This document shows, in pieces, positions 6,901-12,221 of a DNA stretch of 12,221 bases. This DNA is from a bacterium (GTDB lineage: Bacteria; SZUA-182; DTGQ01; JAFGSM01). The notes beneath the pieces were generated by a model, which saw only the letters and a list, made by a program, of their open reading frames with translations, had not been told where the DNA came from and searched no databases. How positions within the stretch are numbered: position 1 is the first letter of the stretch; each line of letters starts with the position of its first letter. The stretch is taken from the NCBI GenBank assembly GCA_049472335.1, contig JBLIRO010000116.1:1-12221 (forward strand), read 5' to 3'. A program made the translations under genes and the position numbers.

Positions 6901-8602
6901 AACACGAACAGGGTATCAATCGGAGACAGTGAGCAATATTAATCCAAATGCGACCTGCCTGAGATTACGTCGAAATCCCTCAACAACAATGCATTTTAAT
7001 CCGGGAGATACTCTCTTAGGTGCTATTGATGTTGTTATTCCCAATGATGGTTCACTTGATTCCAAATGGATATATAATCGTGCACTAGGGAGTGCTGCAA
7101 TGGTCTTCGGAGCTCCCTCAGATGTGTCTCATGTAGAGACAGTAAATATACGGACACAAGTTAGTTCCCAGGTTGCAGTAGAGATTGATAAAACTTTTGA
7201 GCTTGACTATATTCGAGCAGGCTGGATCAAATGGAAACTCTTGGTGCATAATACATCTGGAGCAATTGCCAGCAATATTAGCGTCATAGATAATCTGCCG
7301 AATGAAATCATTTATGAGGGGCTTGCAGAAGTACTTCCCCCAGGTTGGATCTATGTAGAAGAACCATCTATAGGTGATATAAACGGCGAGCTTCGCATAA
7401 TGATCAACGAGTTAAGTCCTGATGACGGAAATCCCGGAACTGGTGAAGATGAGGGATTTATCACCTTCTGGAGCAGGGTGAATGAAGGTACACCGATTGG
7501 AACTCTCATTCAAAATTGTGCAATGGCAACACCGGAATATGGGACTGGAGACGGAAGTTGCGCTTCGATTATTATTCCGGATCTTGGCGTTAATAAGGTC
7601 CAGGAGGCAATTGATCGCATTGAAAGTACGCCAATTACAGATGTCATTCCTTTAGATATAATCAAATACACTATTACCGTTACAGATCAGTTGGAGTTTC
7701 CTATATCTATAAGAATCTACGATCTACTGGATATATATGTGGATTACCTGCCAGGTACATTTACCGTCAATGGCGCCACTGCATCTGATACATTTTTCTC
7801 TGGCGGTGAACTGGATTATCAATATCCTGATCTGCTAAATCCAGGAGAAACGTTGAGCCTTATTTTTGAAGTGACAGTAAAGGATAATGCCCCAGATAGC
7901 TGGATTATTGAAAACAAAGCTCAGATCAGTTCATGCAGCGATCCACTTGATCCATACAGTTGCTTTTCAACAATAGAAACCCCAACAGTGTATGATCAGT
8001 TATTTTGTGATGAAACTGATAATGATGGTGATGGATTCAGTTTATGTAGAAGAGATTGTGATGATGCGGATCCCAATGTCAATCCCGGTGCCATAGAGAT
8101 ATGTGATGGAGAAGATAATAATTGTAACGGGGAAATTGATGAAGGGGATGTCTGTGACATTTCCGGTGATTTGGATGGTGACAATGATGTAGACTGTGAT
8201 GACTATTTAAAATTCGGCGATTCTTTTGGTTTATGCACTAATGAATTGAATTATTTACCGGAAGCGGATCCTGATGGAGATGGGTGTGTAACAGTATCCG
8301 ATAGAAATATATTATACCCCTCGTGTTTAAGGGTCTGTGATTTAGCATGTCGGTCAAAAAGGGATAAAATCCAGTTAACCTGGATGCATGTTGGAGCAGA
8401 CTCATACAAGATATATCGAAAGCTTGAAGGGCAGGATTACTCATTGCTTGCCAATATTACCTCCACATATTCCACGTATCTTGACTATGATGTTTCTATT
8501 GGTAACACTTATTATTACCTGGTCAAATGCATTTGTAATGATGTTGAAGGGGAAGTATCCAACGAAACAAATATCACGCTGACTGTTACACGAACCAGAT
8601 AA
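3911..8602 (+). CDS. Large secreted/surface multidomain protein: DUF11-like Ig repeats, Cys/Trp-rich unknown core, MopE-like putative metal-binding motif, dockerin/EF-hand-like pair, C-terminal FN3-like domain
   Basis: AAGGAGG RBS and a signal peptide ending VHA. DUF11-like segments include LDITKAGP...GDTITYTLEATNYG...VDWLP and IDKT...VIDNLP. DNDGDGF...DCDDADPNVNPGAIEICDGEDNNCNGEIDEG lies at ~8018-8146, GDLDGDNDVDCDD...ADPDGDGCVTVSD at ~8165-8315, and IQLTW...SYKIYR...YLD...GNTYYYLV at the C-terminus. Confidence 0.9.
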   Translation: MRTQKGTLWHIFSSIVVLMVITLLTTPLLVHAEVYNDAYSYEDSFEDTSGLNLSETAGFEVSGGALQAVASPAVAVSESISLPQPEGGTFLGWSFLKINLSALGTSSNTLEVQDCSGSTLLTINALPEGESEIDLSGISEPAIRLMWTVGQVGAKLNFWNIYGTADGATCIDVFPDSDMVNAGDTVTFTISLSTSGAMARNPVLRFSLDDINGLHTPGVDDGLAEDAEVDYGWGNGVVSYRPLEFVFSSSGPNGELPVNEPAFGETSGEVVWNLNNLSDGFSDNVVVILRVPQGYINGKSLAARAMLEHGISSVIYTNMMSVIETSSLVTVNSMASSAQLMYTNYNNLGPGATNIYDAPYVRGPLPLPDTNPSDLEDITVTITGIGTCFPLFKSVDVRFGSDFQIVSTPAVGKPITGSDPVIVHFDRGDFHHYCIWIYIYYDVPGTCSEGDTIGTQSEIVVGNPSWTDTDSQLHNVVFETCRRGTNHVHRVMRGNDPGNYLLWPGWTEYYIRYGSLRTGEYFTSWMPYGNEGWRIHTVPLDHSYDLIEIPAGITFHGIRQYNYLSQLYKDCTGTAPAPTDPAFNHNTDPPHTVWKPVDIAWYGAPFSNPPDENDSRGVALPGCRLLGVKDNDNPAWQGPDNGIWRVTSLWRMCDGTYGCSELAEGTVMSLIGGTIFTYETVTNPAGAAHECFTYNGWPLYKELKSWPKVYGWPEENQVPAGQVAHIILNPENQNHASQWVDGRWVVNLYAIREYIDLTGITGEVLTDGLNIPAPDQNVLGQSCIAEDDIIFNVPDPIGCSSAVNEDDSACMAWWEVPPACQPPNGWGNPIPGNYANDDFVPMYRFRLNVPILNTTPANTVLDFIGEVRVNDLTVRGADNAVDPVRWPVNNYTASTSVTVLELPGLDITKAGPVAKKLGDTITYTLEATNYGNSPNDGWYLVDWLPREGVNSSQFTLEYGKVYMNQMPEDIIVEYSLDSGCFTNPLGGTWTAVSLQGTTRTGYQSETVSNINPNATCLRLRRNPSTTMHFNPGDTLLGAIDVVIPNDGSLDSKWIYNRALGSAAMVFGAPSDVSHVETVNIRTQVSSQVAVEIDKTFELDYIRAGWIKWKLLVHNTSGAIASNISVIDNLPNEIIYEGLAEVLPPGWIYVEEPSIGDINGELRIMINELSPDDGNPGTGEDEGFITFWSRVNEGTPIGTLIQNCAMATPEYGTGDGSCASIIIPDLGVNKVQEAIDRIESTPITDVIPLDIIKYTITVTDQLEFPISIRIYDLLDIYVDYLPGTFTVNGATASDTFFSGGELDYQYPDLLNPGETLSLIFEVTVKDNAPDSWIIENKAQISSCSDPLDPYSCFSTIETPTVYDQLFCDETDNDGDGFSLCRRDCDDADPNVNPGAIEICDGEDNNCNGEIDEGDVCDISGDLDGDNDVDCDDYLKFGDSFGLCTNELNYLPEADPDGDGCVTVSDRNILYPSCLRVCDLACRSKRDKIQLTWMHVGADSYKIYRKLEGQDYSLLANITSTYSTYLDYDVSIGNTYYYLVKCICNDVEGEVSNETNITLTVTRTR

Positions 8603-9101
8603 CTCAATCAGAAGTAATTACAAACACAATTAGAGGAGATTTGTGACATATAGGGAAAACTTATATTTTCTGACAGCATATCAACCGATGACACAGGAAG
8701 TGCAATGACTACTGTTTATAATCTTCGGGCAACTTTAACCATCTTATAAATAATTAAGAGTATCAATTAATTTGACTAGTAATCCTTCCGCTTTCAGAAC
8801 TTTTATATCAGACTCCCATAACTCTTACTTAATAGGCCTAAATGGTTTTGATTTCTCCTTCAAATTCTTTCCCAACTTTCTTATATCGTTTTTCGTGAAT
8901 TGCATGAGAATGTCAGTGCAATCCCATATGGAACGTGAGAAATGTCTTTCCTTATTTCACCGCTATCGAATATTCTTTTTAATCTATTGATTCCCAGAAA
9001 TATTTTTGCCCAGGCTACAGTGTACCTTTAGGATATAATTCTCGAAAGTCTAATCCTCGATATCATAAAAGTTGGAATATATAGTAGAGGCGTAGGACTA
9101 T

Positions 9102-9734
9102 TTAAAGCTCCGAATATGACTTACCATCTCCAGGACGTCCCTTCTTCGGAATTCTCCACCATCCATAATAAGGACTTGATGGATTGAGATAATATACGGG
9201 ACTTTCCGGGTTGACGATATTAAGATCTTCTGAATTATTAGACAGTACAACTCCGCCAGTCCCACCAAATACACATGCAAATGGAGGATATGCTGGATTT
9301 CTTGTTGGTGGCAGTTCCATTATTGTGTCTCCCTCATAATACATAGGATATTCGTATATAGGATATTCAGACCCCGAGGGGGAAGAGGTACTTGACCCAT
9401 TCGCTTTTTGATAATTTCCTGCCCTTTGCAAAGATTCCGGGGTATAGCTATAATAGCCAAAGCCATAATAGCCATTGTAAGGTTGCGCTCCATAGTCCGG
9501 GAAATATAAATAACCATTGGAGTTATAGGACTGGTTCCAACTATATGGGACATTATAATTTGGAAATTGGCTTACTGGGCTATAAAATCCAGAGCTATAC
9601 CAGGCAGAAGGTTGACCCCAAAATACAGGTCCATCCCAACAGGGGAATTGTGCTTCTGCTCTAAAATGGTTGTTTATAGCCATTCCCAGAATTATTCCAA
9701 TTACTATGGTCAAAAAATATATTTTTCCCCTTAT
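9102..9734 (-). CDS. Hypothetical secreted Tyr/Pro/Ser/Gly/Asn-rich low-complexity protein
   Basis: The ORF-track start is TTG at 9713, but the frame extends to an ATA at 9734 after GAGGG/AGGA. That gives a complete signal peptide, (M)RGKIYFLTIVIGIILGMAINNHFRAEA-Q. The start is uncertain. Confidence 0.75.
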   Translation of the reverse strand: MRGKIYFLTIVIGIILGMAINNHFRAEAQFPCWDGPVFWGQPSAWYSSGFYSPVSQFPNYNVPYSWNQSYNSNGYLYFPDYGAQPYNGYYGFGYYSYTPESLQRAGNYQKANGSSTSSPSGSEYPIYEYPMYYEGDTIMELPPTRNPAYPPFACVFGGTGGVVLSNNSEDLNIVNPESPVYYLNPSSPYYGWWRIPKKGRPGDGKSYSEL

Positions 9735-9811
9735 ATTCCTAGCCCTCTTTCTGGATTCGTTAATAAAAAAATTAATCCACTTAAATAATACTCGCTAATT
9801 TTTTGTTCCAT
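9731..9811 (-). CDS. Possible 26-aa leader/upstream ORF (MEQKISEYYLSGLIFLLTNPERGLGI)
   Basis: Strong SD GAGGTGAT (complement of 9819-9826) lies 7 nt before the ATG. Its TAA overlaps the ATA candidate start of the next gene (ATAA). Confidence 0.35.
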   Translation of the reverse strand: MEQKISEYYLSGLIFLLTNPERGLGI

Positions 9812-9964
9812 GCAAACGATCACCTCACCCCAACTTTTGCTGTCTTCATCCTCATTGCTGTTTAAATAGTATAATGTTTTTAAAATAAGAGGTTTTTTTG
9901 CTATTTTAATACATTATTAGACGATATCATTATTATCTTGGTTATGAGAATGAGATAATATCGC

Positions 9965-10144
9965 ATTGACCAAGGTGAACACCCAAAATATATCCAAGCT
10001 CAAATGGGACATTACTCTATCAACATTATCATGGATACGTATGGGCATCTTATGAAAGCTGTTAATAGGGAGGCATCAAAACGATTAGAAGAAAAAATTT
10101 TTGGCAAAAGTGGTAACAATTTGGTAACAAATAGAAGGAAATGA
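9965..10144 (+). pseudogene. C-terminal remnant of a tyrosine recombinase/integrase
   Basis: IDQGEHPKYIQAQMGHYSINIIMDTYGHL contains box II (GH...Y nucleophile). There is an in-frame stop just upstream and no N-terminal part. It ends 34 bp from a tRNA 3' end. Confidence 0.9.
10111..10130. repeat. Direct repeat TGGTAACAA x2, likely integrase arm-type sites
   Basis: Copies at 10111-10119 and 10122-10130 (11-bp period), close to the att core. Confidence 0.6.
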
Positions 10145-10160
10145 GATAGGCCTCATAAGC

Positions 10161-10173
10161 TAACTCCTTGATA
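10161..10173 (-). promoter_or_regulatory. IHF consensus site next to the att core
   Basis: The reverse complement TATCAAGGAGTTA matches WATCAANNNNTTR exactly. A one-mismatch site lies at 10261-10273 on the other side of the core. Confidence 0.6.
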
Positions 10174-10178
10174 TAAAA

Positions 10179-10224
10179 GGTGCGCCCAGCAGGGTTCGAA
10201 CCTGCGACCTATGGATTCTTAGTC
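10179..10224 (-). mobile_element. att-site scar: 3' half of a tRNA-Arg-like gene
   Basis: The minus strand reads GACTAAGAATCCATAGGTCGCAGGTTCGAACCCTGCTGGGCGCACC: anticodon loop, short variable loop, T-arm GCAGG-TTCGAAC-CCTGC and acceptor 3' strand. The D-arm and 5' half are absent. The loop reads AAG, one change from ACG. Confidence 0.85.
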
Positions 10225-10288
10225 ATAACCTCTGGACTTAACAACCTCCTTAAATTTCAATAACTTGTTGAAACTGTTTCATTTTCTG

Positions 10289-10361
10289 TTTGGCAGATTT
10301 TGTCATATTTTGGCAGATTTTAGCAAATTTTGGAAAAAAGTCACACCCAAAGTCACACCCA
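10289..10361. repeat. Second set of att-arm-like repeats: TTTGGCAGATTTT x2 and tandem AAGTCACACCCA x2
   Basis: Copies at 10289-10301 and 10309-10321 (20-bp period, with ~10-bp phased T-tracts), and at 10338-10349 and 10350-10361. Confidence 0.7.
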
Positions 10362-10720
10362 AAAAATTTATCTCAAATTTGGCTATCAAATTTCAAAATT
10401 TCCTCTGATTAGCTCACACTATCAAGACCAAATAGCCCAAACGCTCCCGTTAGGGTGCTGCCTAATGGGGATACCCTAAATAGAGGTTCAGGTAATCAAT
10501 ATAAAATGGCCAGGAGGTTGATAAATAGATTTGCGGATCAACCAGGCCAGGATAGCTGGAAAATACCCCGGGCACTGCGTAGGATATTTAGGCAAGAGAG
10601 GAGGCCGCTTGGCCACTTCCTACCAGATTATAGTCAAAACACCAACCAAAATTGAAGACTTTCCCCTTTTTCTGCTTTTCGTGAATTATCGTAACTGAGA
10701 AGAAAATGATTACGTCTAAA

Positions 10721-10758
10721 TTGATTTAGAGAATAAAAATGATTATAATATATTATAA
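10721..10758 (+). promoter_or_regulatory. Sigma70 promoter with an overlapping 16-bp palindrome, upstream of the 10832 and 11237 genes
   Basis: TTGATT(10721-10726)-N17-TATAAT(10744-10749). Perfect palindrome TTATAATATATTATAA at 10743-10758. Confidence 0.55.
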
Positions 10759-10831
10759 AAGGAGGTGATTAATTATAATAATTAAAAGATTTTAATATTC
10801 TTTTATTATAATTTTCTTAGAAGGAAAGGAT

Positions 10832-11176
10832 ATGAAAAAGTTAGGAATTATTGCAATAATAATTGTTTTTTCAATATTCAGCAGTTCTATAATACATGCC
10901 CAAGGAAATTTCCTGTTCTGGCAGTATCCTAATTTTTATAGTCAATATAGACAACAATGGGGAGTACAGCCTTACATCCCTGGAAATTTTGGATCATATA
11001 ATTCCATTCCGCAACCCTGGTCCTCTCAACTGCGTTTATCATCCGAATCACTATCCAATTTAATATTTAATTCATTCCCTGCTATTTCTCCTTTTGGAAA
11101 CATACCCAATAACTTTTTTTATACACCATCAATGAATGGTTTTAGTTATCAATCAAATGGAAAAGAATATGCCTGA
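10832..11176 (+). CDS. Small secreted protein rich in Gln/Asn/Ser/Pro/Phe/Tyr (114 aa)
   Basis: AAGGA RBS. Signal peptide MKKLGIIAIIIVFSIFSSSIIHA followed by Q. The mature part is nearly free of charged residues. Confidence 0.8.
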   Translation: MKKLGIIAIIIVFSIFSSSIIHAQGNFLFWQYPNFYSQYRQQWGVQPYIPGNFGSYNSIPQPWSSQLRLSSESLSNLIFNSFPAISPFGNIPNNFFYTPSMNGFSYQSNGKEYA

Positions 11177-11236
11177 AAAAGAATTTTATTGTTGAATATG
11201 CAAAGGAAATTTAAATTGTTGAAGGAGGGAACCATA

Positions 11237-12221
11237 ATGAAAAAAGTAAGGTTTTTAAAGGTGTTGGGAATTTGCCTGTTTCTTTTTGTGAGCCTTTTCT
11301 TTATGGCCAACTGGAGTCTGGCTGAAAAACCCTGGATTGAATTAGGTGATATCGATGAATCAGCCGATGACGCCCAGTTCATTAAATGGGAAATTAAAGC
11401 CGAAGAAGCTTATGATGTCGTAGTTTATATGGAAGACGATGATGGAAATGATTTTTTGATTGTATTTAGAACCCGAGATGATGAAAATGAATATGATACT
11501 TCAGACAATGACCGCCTTGTTGTCGGAATTGGGAAAGAGGATGATTATTATATTGATGATACTAAAAGGACTTACGAGTCAAAATCCTTTGATTATCTAA
11601 CGTTAAAACATTCATCTGAAAATAGTAATATAAGTTACAATTTCGATGATGATACAACAATTGAGAAAATACGTATTTATGGGGAGGACTTCCAACTCTA
11701 TTATATTGCCCTGGCTGACTCTGACTACTTTGACGACCTTTCTTGGGAGAGAGACGCTGGTAATTGGGGTAATTTTTTGAACTTCCAAAATGATAACGGA
11801 AAAATTTCCGAGAATACATCTATAGATTTTTCAAGTTCATATATTTCCGTATCCGAAAAATCCACCACTTCTTATTACCCTTACCCAGTATTCGGTGGTT
11901 TATATGGTGGTTTATATGGTGGTTTATATGGTTTGTACGGCAGTGGGGGCCTTTATGGTGGTAGCCCAGGCGGTATCTATTATGGTTATGGCGGCAGCCC
12001 CCCCAGTCTATATGGCGGGTATGGCAGCAGCTATTATGGAGGCCCCGGCGGCCCTCAGTATGGTATATATGGCAGTAGCATAAGCTATCCATACGGTCCC
12101 CAATATTCTCTATATGGTAATCCTGGCGGCGGCCCATATACACCATATCAACCAACTAGTTATCCTTTAGGCCCAGGCCCATATCCACGATATCAACCAA
12201 CTAGTTATCCTTTAGGCCCAG
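11237..12221 (+). CDS. Secreted protein with an acidic N-terminal domain and a Gly/Tyr/Pro low-complexity repeat tail (3' partial)
   Basis: AAGGAGG RBS and ATG at 11237. Signal peptide MKKVRFLKVLGICLFLFVSLFFMANWSLA. The frame is open to the window end, so it is absent from the ORF track. The tail reads FGGLYGGLYGGLYGLYGSGGLYGGSPGGIYYGYGG... Confidence 0.9.
   Translation, partial: MKKVRFLKVLGICLFLFVSLFFMANWSLAEKPWIELGDIDESADDAQFIKWEIKAEEAYDVVVYMEDDDGNDFLIVFRTRDDENEYDTSDNDRLVVGIGKEDDYYIDDTKRTYESKSFDYLTLKHSSENSNISYNFDDDTTIEKIRIYGEDFQLYYIALADSDYFDDLSWERDAGNWGNFLNFQNDNGKISENTSIDFSSSYISVSEKSTTSYYPYPVFGGLYGGLYGGLYGLYGSGGLYGGSPGGIYYGYGGSPPSLYGGYGSSYYGGPGGPQYGIYGSSISYPYGPQYSLYGNPGGGPYTPYQPTSYPLGPGPYPRYQPTSYPLGP
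11894..11932 (+). repeat. 12-bp coding tandem repeat GGTGGTTTATAT x3 (GGLY)
   Basis: Exact copies at 11894, 11906 and 11918. Confidence 0.95.
12131..12221 (+). repeat. 45-bp coding tandem repeat, at least 2 copies, encoding GPY(T/P)(P/R)YQPTSYPLGP
   Basis: 12131-12175 and 12176-12220 differ at 2 positions. The window ends at the first base of a possible third copy. Confidence 0.9.

Noticed and set aside
4024..8582. Small ORFs nested in the 1563-aa gene
   Set aside because: Shadow or alternate-frame ORFs with no RBS or motif support.
3911..8602. Multiheme cytochrome or cellulosomal enzyme
   Set aside because: No CxxCH motif and no recognisable glycoside hydrolase motif.
8745..9066. Possible decayed minus-strand gene (…KSKPFRPIK*ELWESDIKVLKAEGLL…) and the 8772..8990 plus ORF
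   Set aside because: Protein-like patches are broken by several stops and match no family I can recognise. A blastx search is needed.
2730..9959. Shared 10-mer ATGAGATAAT near both the sodN and integrase truncation points (2730-2739, 9950-9959)
   Set aside because: AT-rich word with near copies inside coding sequence (around 1864 and 9186), so chance is sufficient.
10179..10224. Functional tRNA-Leu(AAG)
   Set aside because: The 5' half is missing, there is no long variable arm, and the body is Arg-like. It is best read as a mutated att scar.
10455..10655. 66-aa plus-strand ORF
   Set aside because: No RBS or recognisable motif, and it overlaps the inverted-repeat-rich segment.
11820..12155. 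His-rich (HINH repeat) minus ORF and MVYMV-repeat plus ORF (11895..12083)
   Set aside because: Alternate-frame readings of the GGLY repeat in the 11237 gene.
1..12221. Diversity-generating retroelement, retron or intact mobile element
   Set aside because: No reverse transcriptase, no template/variable repeat pair, and no intact transposase or integrase in the window.

Overview
AT-rich bacterial window with three zones. (1) A set of genes for signal-peptide-bearing, low-complexity proteins: a partial gene at 1..64(-), 285..917(-), 9102..~9734(-), 10832..11176(+), and an unlisted ORF from 11237 to the window end with an acidic domain followed by GGLY/Gly-Tyr-Pro repeats. A 1563-aa secreted multidomain protein (3911..8602) carries DUF11-like, MopE-like, dockerin/EF-hand-like and FN3-like modules. 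(2) A decayed stress/repair block (1343..3350): an intact [4Fe-4S]-less MutY-like glycosylase flanked by remnants of an SGNH esterase, a nickel SOD, a (6-4)-photolyase-like protein and an orphan DUF104-like antitoxin. (3) An integration scar (9965..10361): the C-terminus of a tyrosine integrase, the 3' half of a tRNA-Arg-like gene, IHF-like sites and two different sets of arm-type repeats, followed by a structured GC-richer segment. No CRISPR array, rRNA or intact tRNA was seen. All family calls come from motif recognition by eye, not from database searches.
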